From assembly GCF_018350175.1 (NCBI RefSeq), contig NC_058368.1, positions 26,104,001 through 26,168,000 of the forward strand: DNA of 64,000 nucleotides, given 5' to 3'. The notes under the pieces are model-generated. The model was given only the letters and a program-made list of their open reading frames with translations, made no database searches and had not been told where the DNA came from. Both the position numbers and the translations under genes were made by a program. Below are positions 24,818 to 37,189 of this stretch, one piece after another. The stretch is from Felis catus. Its lineage: Eukaryota. Each line of letters starts with the position of its first letter. Positions within the stretch are counted from its first letter, which is position 1.

Positions 24818-27800
24818 TCAAATCCTTTCTCATTTGACTGCTCCTCTGTCCTTTTAGAGCAAAATCTGACACCTCATGTCGCTATAATCTGATGTGGAAT
24901 CTGACGAAGTGACAAACACAGAAAGCAGCAAAAAGCTACATTAGGACAGACACCCATTCTGTCATGATCAAAGACGAAGGCCCATTGGTCCAGCACCACA
25001 TCTAGCACTGAGAAGGTGCTCAACAAGTTCTTTAAACAAATAAATTAGTGAGTAAATGATGTCACCAGCTGACAGAAAAGCCCATCTGATCCAATCTGAT
25101 TAGAGGAAGGCCGGAACTTCCTGAAGTGGACCTTGTGGTCCGGCTTGAAGGTTCTCCTGGAGCCAACCACACCCTGACAGGCTTCAATTGCCTTCCCTTC
25201 CCAGGGAGGTCTCCAGGACTTACAGACAGTTCCCTGAGGTGTAGCAAGGGGGGAAGACAACACTCGCTCGTCACCCTGAGACTGGCTGTCGCCTCCCCAC
25301 AGAATGTTCTTCAAGAAAGGATTTTGCTCCCTCACCGAATAGGGCCCTTTATTCCTCATTTACAGTTGGGAAGTGAATTAGTGTGACTGAAGAGACGTAG
25401 AAGAAAGTTTTTCTGGGTCTGCCTGAGCAAGTAGATGTGGCTCAATCAAAGGCAGCACAGTGCAGTAAAAAATTAAAGCTCAAACAATGCTTCAAGGTTA
25501 TTTTATTATCTCAAGTAGGTTAAAATAATTTGTCGATACTTCTGTTTATCCCTTAATTGGTTTAATAAGTTCCTTCTTCAAAGACAGCACAGAGATAAAT
25601 TTCAGCCAGCTTGAATTATCACAAATGCCTAAAATCAGTCATTCAAATTAACTTACTGGGAAAATTGTTAACTTTCACAACCACCTCTTCCAGAGGCTTC
25701 TACCTACGTACTTGTGCTGTCCGTCTGTCTTGTCAACTCATATTTTACTGTAATCTCTCTGATTTCTGACTCTTTTCTTTTTCTGCTTTACCTTTGTCCC
25801 TGCTAGATTTTCTAGTTTTCACTCCTCGTAACATCTCGTTGCCAAATAGTACCAAGCGTCACTGCTCCTGGTATTTCTGAAATGTTGAGTTTTCTCCCCA
25901 AATGTGTGTGCTCCCAGCAAATCAACACACATGAAGAAGCATCCAAATGTGGTTTAGTCTCTTCTTAATGTGCCTTTGAGTCCTGGTCAAAGTGAGAGAA
26001 TCCAGCAATGAGACAGTGTGGCCTAGGATGTGAAAAAAGCTTGACTCATACGGTCAGTAGACGAGGCCTGTGATTTAAGGGACATTGGTTCGCCTTTCTG
26101 GGCCTCGGTTTCCCATTGCAAAAAGAAGCTACTGAAGCTGACTGGCCTCTGTGTTTTCGGTTTTGACTTTCCACCGCGTTGTGAGAGGCAGCATTTGGAA
26201 GTAGTTGGTATGATTTAGAAGCCATTTTAGGTCAACCAGAAAAGGGATAATGTAAATCTTGAGAAATACAACCACCAGCGTGCCCATGAGACTCATGTAA
26301 TCACCTCTCTTCCTGGAGAGATTAGGAAATTGTGGTTTAAAAACCAAAAGCCCTAAGTTGCAGCCCTGTACTCATTGATTAAAAAAAAAAAAAAAAAAAA
26401 AAAAAAGCTAAGTCAGTATTTTCCTTAAAAAAAAAAAAAAAGAACTATAAACAGTATGTTTTGAGGTGAGAGAAAAGTAAACAAGAACGAAAAGCTGTTT
26501 ATTAAAATTTTAAAACTTTCGGTCACATGACTGTTCTGGAACACAAAAGCCTTCCCTGGTTTTGTTACTAAGTGGCCTGTGATTTAAAGCTCCTGACAAC
26601 AGCCGCTCACAATGACACTGTCCCCCTTTCTTCCCTGCACGGTCCTAGCAGACGCTCATTTGTATGTATGGTTTCAGCCTGTCTGCCGTGTCTGGCCAAA
26701 GGGATAGATACTAATGGCATATGTTAATTACTATCCAACAACTTCCTTTCATTAGAGTGTTTATTAACATTCTCACTTCTGCCCATTGAACCAGCTGGCA
26801 CGAGGGCACACTGGCAGCTTTGAGTTCACGTGCTGTTTTTCACTCCGGGCTCACACGATAGAATAGATTTTTCTTTTTTGGATAATGAAACCTTTTCTGT
26901 TTCGATCTCGGCCGAGAGCTTTCTGAGATGCCCGGAAGATGACACCAAAACGGTAACTTGGAAACAAATGTCTTGCTGTGGTGGCCCACCTGCAGAGCTG
27001 TTCTAGATGTATTTTGGTTCCACAACATGGGAGGTATTCATCGGTCTGTTTGGACATCTCTTCGATATCATTAGTGGGCGCCCAATAACCCTTCTTTTAA
27101 CTATATGCACCCAGGAGCTATGAAATAATTTGTGTACTAGTGAAACTATCTTCTCTAAATACAACTCCAGACTGGATTTCTCAATAGCAAGACAAGACAC
27201 AGTTCACTACGATTTCAGGGCATGGGCACTGGGGGTGGGGGTTGGGGGGGTGGGGTGGGGAGAGTAAGGCAGCCAGGGAAAAGTCCGAAAGGCCCAAAGT
27301 TTGTATGGCATGATGAACTGCAAATGGACATATTTTCACATTTAACAGTAGCAGCGCAATTAACCATAAAGAGCTCTTAGATCTTTCCACTTGATTGGTT
27401 GCACATGTCCCTTTAAGGTGCCCTGAGGAGGGAAATGGACGGGTTGCCAGCAGAATGACAAAGCAGGAATGACACGGTAAACAAGTGTTTTCCAGCGTTC
27501 TCACCCAGTGACATCCCTCCGTGGTCACTCCTCACAGAATATCAAATGTAGGAGAGAGAGCAGAATGCTAAGAAGGCAGTTCTTAGACAGTCGCCTTGTT
27601 GGGAAATCACAGTAGATTCCACTCTCAAGGGGATCAGAAGTTTCGTTCTCATCTGATCAGGCTGCCTGGCTACAAATATTAGACGAATGGGTTTTTTGCT
27701 TTCATATTAGATAGCGCATAGCTTTCGAATACCATGCAAAGAGCAGTGATTTTGCCAAAGGAGTTTCACAGTTGCAAAGGCCTTGGGGCTTTTGTAACTT

Positions 27801-28165
27801 TTTTTTTTTTTTTTTTTTAATTAAAGCTAAAGCAAGTCTGTGCTTTGTATTATTAATCCTGTGAGGAGGCCACACTCCTTTCTCTTCTCACCCCTCGTGT
27901 CCCAGCCACCAGACCCAACCAGCTCCCAAGGTTATGTGATCTAAAGCCAAAGCCATGCTTAGTCACACTCTGCATGGGTCTGGTGTCACGGAGCTCTGGG
28001 AAGGAAAGTCTTTGGCATTGCTGGGAGTGGGCAGATAATGGAGTACCACCAGCCACAGGGAGAATGCTTTAGTGAGAGGCATTCATTTAATCAACAAATA
28101 TTTGTTACCTACAAACAACGCTGATATTTAGTTGTCACACACCAGTATGGCTGGATCTACTGGTT

Positions 28166-28247
28166 AAAAAAAATTTTTTTTTAATGTTTATTCATTTTTT
28201 GAGAGACAGAGAGACAGAGCATGAGTGGGGGAGGAGCAGAGAGAGAG

Positions 28248-28282
<35 letters not shown>

Positions 28283-28643
28283 CCTTAGCAGGCTCCAGGC
28301 TCTGAGCTGTCAGCACAGAGCCCGACACGGGGCTCAAACCACAAACTATGAGATCATGACCCGAGCCGAAGTCGGACACTTTTTTTTTTTTAATTTTTTT
28401 TTAACGTTTATTTATTTTTGAGACAGAGAGAGAGCATGAACAGGGGAGGGTCAGAGAAAGAGGGAGACACAGAATCTGAAACAGGCTCCAGGCTCTGAGC
28501 TGTCAGCACAGAGCCCGACGCGGGGCTCAAACCCACGGACCGCGGGATCATGACCTGAGCTTAGGTCGGACGCTTAACCGACTGAGCCACCCAGGCGCCC
28601 CCCGAAGTCGGACACTTAACCCACTGAGTCACCCAGGTGCCCC
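28166..28643 (-). mobile_element. Can-SINE (outer, split by a nested SINE)
   Basis: Body 28166-28381 and head 28602-28643; TSD tggat(c/a)tact(g/a)gtt at 28152-28165 and 28644-28657. Confidence 0.95.
28382..28601 (-). mobile_element. Can-SINE nested in the tRNA-derived head of another SINE
   Basis: Perfect 16-bp TSD ccgaagtcggacactt at 28366-28381 and 28602-28617. Confidence 0.97.
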
Positions 28644-29659
28644 TGGATATACTAGTTTTTAAAATATCAAAATATTTCCATACTTATGGGTAAAATGTCG
28701 CTACCCTGAGTCTTTCCAGTGTCCCTATCTGCCCCAGACCTATCAATCACCTTGCACCTCCTGAATTCTCTAAGACCAAGTACCTACAAGATTCATGCTT
28801 GGCCCCACAGGGGCCTCCAGAGCTCTGCTCCAGCGCTAGAGCTCACGTCGTGTGAAAAGGGCAATGACCACCAACATGGGTGTAAATAGACTATCACCAT
28901 TGCCTCCAATGTCCCTGCACTAAGCTGGGTATTGGTGATACACAGAAAAAGAAAACATTGACCCCTGTCTTCCAGGATCTCCCAACCTGGTGGAGACTAT
29001 CATGAAAAAAAGCTCTGCGCTAAATCCCAGGAATTTTGAGCTGATGCCACTCTGATTTGCAGACTTAGAAACCGGACTTTGTCCACATGCTAGAGTGGAT
29101 CAAGTTCTCAGGGACAGATTCACATCAGTCAAGCTCTCAAGAGACTGCTGTATAAACCAAGTCGCAATTTATTAATTTGCGACGAGAAATAAGAACTTCT
29201 AGGCGGAGTGGACATCTGTGGTCACCTTGACTAACACAGTCTCTCCCAGTGGGAAACTAAATAGGAAGACAAATGGTAATGAGAACACAGCTTGAGTACA
29301 CAACCTGAGCAGGCGATATTAGAGGGATGGTTTTAACGTCAAAGGGTGTCACATTTTCTTAAGCTCATGTCTTCACTTCCTCTTGGGAGATGGACCTGCC
29401 CAAATAGCACTGGATGTTCCTGTCAGTTCCCCCAGGCACTCTCCCTTTGGCGAGCTGTCCCCCCTCACTCCCACTTCTCTTTCCATGCCGACCTCCTCCC
29501 TTGGTTCACTCATTCTATCTTTAGATTTGTTAATACCTCCAACCAGGCTCCAGCCAAACACCGTTGGTTTCCTGTCCCTGCCTTGGAAGCATTCTCTCTT
29601 TCAGGTGACCCCGCACAGATCCTGGTGTTCTAGTTGGGTTTGGTCATTTAACTCATCGC

Positions 29660-30079
29660 TTCTCAGATGAGGCTAAACTTTGGAAGCACCTAAGAAACCT
29701 TTAAAAATACTGATGTCTGGTTCCCAGCACCGCCCCCCCCCCCCCCACCCAAGGAATTCTGATTTAACTGATTCAGGGTGAACTTTGGGCATTGGGCTTT
29801 TTTAAACAACCTCCCCAAAATAGGGAACAAGAATGCAGGGCTCCTGAAGAGTTCAAATTCAAAGACAAGAGATTTGAATTTGAATAACGTTTGAGAATCA
29901 CTGTTATAACTCTCATGGTCGGAGGATGTCTTGACCTGCACCAGCTTTTAACACATACCGGTGCTCTGGTTCCAGCCTGAGCTGCTGATTTATTTGGTAT
30001 GGAGTGGGAGCCAGGCATGGGCATTTTTACAAGACTCCCCAGATGATTCCAACGTGCAGCCAGGGTTGAGATTCAGTGG
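29660..30079. mobile_element. Two adjacent MER5-like (hAT-Charlie) relics
   Basis: aaaaatactgatgtctggttcc...aattctgatttaa...tgggcattg; TIR-like ends ttgagaatcactg (~29903) and cccagatgattccaacgtgcagccagggttgaga (~30070). Confidence 0.75.
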
Positions 30080-33000
30080 TCTAAACATTCATTTTACTGA
30101 GTTTTTGGTATCGATTCCCCCTTGGCCATAGCATTGCAAAGAGGGGAAAATAGAAGATAGATTGTGGGAAAGGTCTGTAGAGGTGAGTTTTTCCAGAGGA
30201 ACAGCAGGGGCCTATGTGTGTAAGCCCCGTGGCATCAGCAGGAAGACCATGTGGGCAGGAGGTAGTCAAGAAGCTCAAAGTCGGTTTCTTTGTATCTAAA
30301 CCAAACTTATGATTTCACTTCCACGGACATGGATTGGGATGTATACTCTTAGGGCCATTTTGTGCCATATCGTTGAATAACTTCAATAGAAGTCACTGAA
30401 GTAAATGGGTGTACTTAAGGAAAGTCTGGTTTACTGAATATTTTTCTATAGGAACCTGATTTGCTTATGTTCTTTGAGTGCTCTTTTGGTTGTTCCTCTG
30501 TGCCCTCCACCTGAAGCCCCTACTTTCTGAAGACCGCCATCTTGAAAGAGGTGCAGCCACATTTTGGTCCATATTCTCCTTAGCAATAGCTATGTTTGGC
30601 ACAGAAGCAAGAGAATCCCAGCCTGTGGCATCTTCCTAAATAGGTTAAGGATTTTCCATTCTCCTCACAATTCCCGAATTTCCCGTTGTCATTTTTAACC
30701 TTTCCAACGTGCACGAGAATTCACTTGGGCTTTCTGGATGTTTGTAGCCTTGTCTGATTGCAGGGCATCTGGGAAAGCCATCAACTCCACTTTGTCAGCA
30801 ACTTAAAAAAAAAAAAAAATGCATTCCTAGGAGAGGAAAAGGCAGTGGGCTGGGCAGAGGCCTACTCCGGTGCCTCCACCCTTCCTTCTCTTGGGACTGC
30901 CAGTCGTGGGCCTTGAAACGAAATGATTTTGAGAAGGAACAAGGGGGACAGAGCATGGCCACTGTGCAGATGACACAGCGCAATTCTAAGGGAGCCACTG
31001 ACACAACATTCTACAATCACGGTGCCTATAGCCCCCTTCCCCCACTGCCCTGCTCAGCAGTCCTGGCAGGAACACTGTTCTTTGAATTTCACCTCCTCTG
31101 GGGCCCCAGATTCCGGGTTGCATTCATGCTTCTGACACACACAGCACCCGAGAAATCTCGTTCTTTGGGCTTCACTTGTTCATCTAGAAATTGATAGGTG
31201 TTTTCCAGGCCTCAGCCTTATTCCCAAAGTCCCTCTCTCTAGGCCTGTGGGAGCCCAGCTATTTGCATGACTGAAACAATTTGCATGTAATCTCTCAGAT
31301 AGAATAAAGAGAACATTAGTTGGAAGACTTCGATAGCCAGATCTGAGGCTGGATTCTTTTGTCTGGCCCTCTGTTTTACACATTTCAGATTAGGATCCCT
31401 TGAAGCTATTTCCCAGTTTATTCAAATGAGAGCCCAGGATCTCTCAGAAAGCCACTGTGGAAGAAACCCCCCGCGACAGTCATCTCTCTGTGTCATTCAA
31501 AGAGCAGCCATGCTCAGCTCTTTATAATCTTATAAATATCCATAATTCAGTATGGTCAGATAAAACAGCCCTCTCTCTCAACATAACCGATAAGCTACAA
31601 ATCAGGATTGTCCATGTTCGGAAACCAGCAGTTTAGGCGCACTGAGGTTTGTTTTACTGCAATTGCACAGTCACGTATGTATCACTGTCTCATAGATCTC
31701 ATCTTTCACTGATCACAGTGAGACGCTTCTCCAAACTTTCAGACCCTGTAATGAGTGGTAAGTCCAGATGAAAGAGAATTGGATCCTTATGATGTTGATA
31801 GATACCCAATGTGACGCACGCGTGTGTGTGTGGACCTGTGAGAGATGGTTCGGCCTCCTCATTCAGTGACATTTATTTGCTCGTTATTCAAAGTAACAAA
31901 AACTTCCAGGAGGCAACTGTGCTGGGTGCACTTTGTTCTCGCCTTGTTTCTTGCCCTCTTCTCTAAAAAGAATCTCTTGTAATTGCTTGATGTTACCCTG
32001 GAAGACCCATAAAGATTTTCAGTTCGAATTGTAGACTTTTAGAGCTAATAGACACCTTATAGATCATCTGTCTGATGCTGGCACCACGTTTCTACACATG
32101 AGGAAGCAGAGGTGTAAAGGCACACAGCAAGTTTGTGACAGGTAACACCCAGGTCCCTTTAACTACGTTACCCCTGAGAACCTCAACCCCGCCCCTGTTC
32201 CCACTCTATCATTGCAAACATAAGCCGGTTTTCCCCATGCCTCACCTTCCTGAAGCTGGACTACATTGTTAGTAATGCACCAGATTTCACTAGTTCATGC
32301 CCACCAGCTCAGCCAAGATATCCTCAGTCCTCTGCAACGTGTCTCCCTCGTTTTCTGGACGTCTCCGTAAACTCACGGACAAATTTACTCTGTTGGGTCC
32401 ACCGGGCCACTCTTCCTGCCAGGCAGCTGTGGCCACTGCTGTCTCATGCCACGGCACTAGGAAGCAGTGGGATTCCCAAAATGCTAGAGTTGCCCTGACT
32501 CTGGTCCCACCTCCTCTTAGAAAAGGTTTCCTTCACCTTATGGTTATGCAGAGGCCTTAGTGAAGCTGCTTCCTTGGGGGCTCCAATGTTTTCTGTAAAG
32601 GACTCACACATGAGTCTTGTGTAAGTGGTGAGTGACAAAGTGTGGATGTGTGTCCATGAAACAAAAGCGGGTAACACACACTCTACTGAGAATTTTAATG
32701 ACAAAGGCTTACCACTGGTCAAGCTGCCCAAGCGAGGTCCCTGCTCCTCTTAGAATGAGTTCTTTCCCAGAAGGCTTCTCTGTTCTTCATGCAAATAAAT
32801 GTCTTCTAGGCCTCCCCCAGCGATTTAGGATTGGGCCCATAGTTGAACTCCAGCTTACATGCAAGGGGGAGCCCTATTATACTAGTAGTTTTCTTCTTTA
32901 AACTATGTAGTGATATTATTAAAGGATCCAGTTGGCTTGCGGGGAGGGGGTGTGATCTGACCTTTGCTGTGAATATGGTCTAAAATAAGACTCTCACTTT

Positions 33001-33228
33001 CTGTTCCTCAATTCTTCCATCTACAGTAGCTTTCCCCCATCTGTTCTGCCGGTACACAGGGAAGGATCCAGGCTTTGTGGGGCCTGAAGCTGGCATTTTT
33101 TGGCACCTTCTTTAATTAAAAAAAAAATACAAAATGCCAAATACATAGTCAGAACAAGAATGAATCTTGGTTTAGAATGAGTAAAGAAATCACAACAAAT
33201 TTTACAGTTTAAAAAGCTGACCAGTAAC

Positions 33229-33362
33229 GGGAACACCTGGGTGGCTCAAGTTGGTTAAGACTCTTGATCTCAGCTCAGGTCTTAATCTCAGGGTTGTGAG
33301 TTCAAGCCCAGCATTGGTCTCTGCATTGGGCGTGAAACCTACTTAAAAAAAAAAAAAGCAAA
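33229..33362 (+). mobile_element. Short Can-SINE (no CT tract)
   Basis: Perfect 18-bp TSD aaaaagctgaccagtaac at 33211-33228 and 33363-33380. Confidence 0.95.
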
Positions 33363-33492
33363 AAAAAGCTGACCAGTAACAAAACCTAGAAAAATATAAT
33401 ATTTTTTGTCGTTTAACTGCCTAGTATACCTCTTTAATTCTTTGTCACTACTTTTTTTGTTTTTTTGCTGCATACTTATTAATTGCTTCTTT

Positions 33493-33714
33493 TTTTTTAA
33501 TTTTTTTTTCAACGTTTTTATTTATTTTTGGGACAGAGAGAGACAGAGCATGAACGGGGGAGGGGCAGAGAGAGAGGGAGACACAGAATCGGAAACAGGC
33601 TCCAGGCTCCGAGCCATCAGCCCAGAGCCTGACGCGGGGCTCGAACTCACGGACCACGAGATCGTGACCTGGCTGAAGTCGGACGCTTAACCGACTGCGC
33701 CACCCAGGCGCCCC
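33493..33714 (-). mobile_element. Young felid SINEC_Fc-type SINE
   Basis: Near-identical to the 23705 copy; perfect TSD aattgcttcttt at 33481-33492 and 33715-33726. Confidence 0.97.
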
Positions 33715-34223
33715 AATTGCTTCTTTATTTTACCATGATTTTCTAGTACCATTTTTTATAGTGATAATACATGAAATAGTCTTTCCCTTAGCATGGTAGA
33801 TGGCAAATTATATTTTATTAGCGACAGAAAAGTTTCTTTTGGCTTTACAACATGTTATTGGTCATGTCGTGTAAACTTTTAGGATTGGGAGAACCTCTAT
33901 CAAATTTCTTTCCTGTATGAGCTTTCAGGGCAGGTCAAGTGGGCACAGTAACTCCTTTTCAACACTCTGGGTTGGTGACACTCATTGACTGGAATCACGA
34001 GGGTTCCATGCAAGTGAAGCATCCTGAAGCTTAAGCCTCCTTTGCCTCCTACCCTGGCTTCTCTGGAAAATGAGGAGAAAAATGCCCACCAAATCCACTG
34101 CTCCTCCTCATGCCCTCCCCACCGCTATGCTGGGGCCAGCCCTGAGACTAATGCTCAGATAGCACTAGAGTCTGGAACGTGTGTGTATATGACAGCTGTG
34201 GCAGAGAGAAAGAAACTGGTCTT

Positions 34224-34331
34224 GAGGTGCCTGGGTGGCTCAGTGGGTGGAGCGTCTGAGTCTTGATTTTGGCTCAGGTCATGATCTCAGGGTTCACGGG
34301 ATTGAGCCCTGAGCGCAGAGCCCACTTGGGA

Positions 34332-34372
<41 letters not shown>

Positions 34373-34431
34373 CTTCCCCCCGCTCAAGCACCCCCCACCT
34401 TCTCTCTCAAAATAAATAAACTTAAAAAAAA
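34224..34431 (+). mobile_element. Can-SINE (older subfamily) with long (CT)n
   Basis: TSD agaaagaaactggt at 34207-34220 and 34432-34445. Confidence 0.93.
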
Positions 34432-35764
34432 AGAAAGAAACTGGTTTCAGGCTCACTTTTTTTTTCCTGATGCTTGAAGCACTTCCAGCTAACAAGTGGA
34501 TACATTTATGTTGGATTAAGTCACTAAGGAAATGTTAGGAATGAATTAAAGTTCTTGGGGTGTCACAGGGGGCTGTCACACTCACTGTCTTTTTTCTTGA
34601 ATCCAGCAGTCTTCAAATAGTGCTACACAGACCCCTAGGTTTCCAGAGGTTCCTCAGGGGCTGCCTAGAGTGAGGATGGGGGAAGGGGGTGGGGTGCTCA
34701 GGGAAAGGGGGTGCTGGGTGGGCAGGGCCCTGGGTTCCCCCTCCACCGCCCGCCGCCCCCATCAACCAGATTCAATTGTTCTGTATACCGAAAGAGTTCC
34801 ACTACATCAAAGTGTTTTGCTTAAAAGTTTGATAATGTTCTCCCATCAGTTCATTTTCATCAAGAACAAGCATTGTGCGCCCAACATGTGTACTCTTTGC
34901 CATTTAGAAATACTAGCCATTCATTTGCCAATGATTACTAGTTAAAACACTTGCAATTAAATGATTTTCCCTGTTCTGTGTTTCGCTCCTGCATGTTCAT
35001 CTAATATGTAGGTCAGTTTGTTTCAGGATTGCATTATTTTTGCTTTCCTTCCCTTTCAATTTTCGGTTCAAAATGCAGTTGATTGAATAAAAACCACTTT
35101 GCTTCAATTACTTAACACAGATACTCTGGGAACACCAACAAAGTCTTGGTACAGCAGGGACACATCCACTGTTGGCATTTAATAAGGTGTTTTTTTTTTT
35201 TTTTTTAAACTTTCCTTTTTAGCTCTCAGAGTTATTCTTGTATTCACTTGAGGTTTGCCCTAGTATTTTTCTCTGGATTTCTTTATCAAGCTCTACATTT
35301 TGCCAACTCTTCCATTTAGGTGTTTGCTTTTGTAAGATAATTTGCGAATGAGAAATGATTAGCATTTTTCAGTTGTTGTTTGTTACATTTGTGCTATTTC
35401 TTATTCTCTCTCTTTATAAAGGTCATAGGACATGTATTACCTTTCCCTCTTTCTTCTTCCTTATCTTCAAGAACTGGTCAGGAATTACATACCTTAGGCA
35501 ATTAGTAAGTCAATTTATCCTTGAACAAGTAGATACTTGAACAACCCGGTATTTCTGATTCCAAGTTTTCCTGCCTGGATTTCCCCCCCCCCCCCCCCCC
35601 CCCTTCCATGGGTTCCTTAGGAGCAGATTTTGGTTCCTTCTCATATTCCACATGTTCTGCCTGGGAAATCCCACCCACAAGCACTGCTGTAGCATCACAT
35701 GTGCAGGAACAGTGTCTATTTATCTCTCAAGCTGTGTCTACTTCCCTGAGTTCAAGACCCATAT

Positions 35765-36260
35765 CTTGTTTGTTTCCAAGAAACTCACTTTAGTTTTTAA
35801 AATTTTTATTATGGAAGCATAGTTGACATGCAATGTTGTATTACTTTCAGGTGCAGAATTTGACAATTGTATACATTACACACTGCTCAACATGTTAGTG
35901 TGGACACCATCTGTCACCCAGCAATGTTATTACAATATTATTGACTATACTCCCTGTGCTGTACTTTTGATTTCCATGACTTACTTATTTTATAACTGGA
36001 AGTTTGTACCTCTTAATCCCCTTTATTTCACTCATTCTCCACCCCTCCACCTCCCCTCTGGCCACCACCAGTTTCTTCTCTGTATTTAAGGGTCTGTTTT
36101 TGTTTTTTGTTTTTTGTTTTGTCTTTTAGATTCCACATGTAAGTGAAATCATTTAGTATTTGTCTTTCACTGACTTGTTTCTGTTAGCGTAACATCCCCT
36201 AGGTCCATCCATGTTGCTGCAAATGGCAAGACCTCGTTTTTTTAAAATGGCTGAATAATA
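35765..36260 (-). mobile_element. Carnivore L1 3' end (5'-truncated)
   Basis: gattccacatgtaagtgaaatcat...ggtccatccatgttgctgcaaatggcaag...atggctgaataata; TSD tcaag(a/g)cccatat at 35752-35764 and 36261-36273. Confidence 0.9.
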
Positions 36261-37189
36261 TCAAGGCCCATATTTATAATGGCTAATGAGTTATTCCAGG
36301 AAGTCCCCTAAAGCTTCAATGTTAAACTTCTCCTTGCAATAAAGAATTAAGTGGCCTCCACATAATGTGATAAATTGTTATGTTTGCTCTATAATGTTAT
36401 TTTCTTTTGAGTGAAGTATAATGCCAATTCAATGAAATTTCCTTTTCAGGGTCAGCCAAATTCAAAATGGTAAGAGCAAGTTTAAAAGAAAATAGCTATT
36501 ATTGGGAGTGATCTGTTATACTTTAATTGAAGTAGTCGAACCAAGCTATCGTCCATTGTGATAAAAATTTGCCAGCTTCTGGTGGTTTAACAACCAATCC
36601 TCTGGGAGAGAACCAGGCACATGCCCAAGCTGTGTCATGAGCCGTGTTTATACGACTGTAAAACCTGGATTATAGTTCCTCTATTGGAAATCCCATTTTT
36701 GGAAAAAATGTGAAAAACTGTCCCTTTTGATTGGAATTTGGAACCAAGCATCTCTTCCTGTCATGTGTCCGAATGTCCAGATCATGTTCCTTCCTTTACA
36801 GTCATCCACTCAGCTCACAGATAATCTGCTACATACTTTCTTTTGGTAGGCACATTCTAGATGCCAGGAGACCTTGGAGACCCAAGACAGGAAATGGAGC
36901 TTTACCTTAGGAAGCCGGTAAACAGATAAACTAACACATAAACAACATGACTTTGAAGGTGGTAAGTAAGGTTGGGAAATGAGGCAGAACAAGAAGAGGG
37001 AGTGTGGTGGGGAAATTAAGTGTTTCAGGTAGAGGGGTGAGGGTAGGACTCTCTGAGAAAGCAGCCTTTGGACAGACACTTGAACGAGGCGAGAGGGAGC
37101 TCTGCACAGATCGGGGGGAAGAGCATTCCAGGTGAGGGAATAGCAGGTACACAGGTCCAGAGGTGGGAGTGAGCTTGGTGTGTTAAGGG

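Larger units (their letters stand above)
33057..34065. mobile_element. hAT-Tip100 DNA transposon relic (Zaphod/MER115-like), interrupted by two SINEs
   Basis: Ends ggatccaggctttgtggggcctgaagct and gcaagtgaagcatcctgaagcttaagc; internal tttagaatgagtaaagaaatcacaacaaatt; subfamily name from recall. Confidence 0.7.

Noticed and set aside
26840..27200. Overlapping short minus-strand ORFs in CpG-retaining unique sequence
   Set aside because: No splice-site pair framing an open frame and no recognisable protein; better explained as non-coding
9240..36702. Perfect CArG boxes at 9240, 26222, 29815 and 36693
   Set aside because: Roughly the number expected by chance in 64 kb at this base composition, and not clustered
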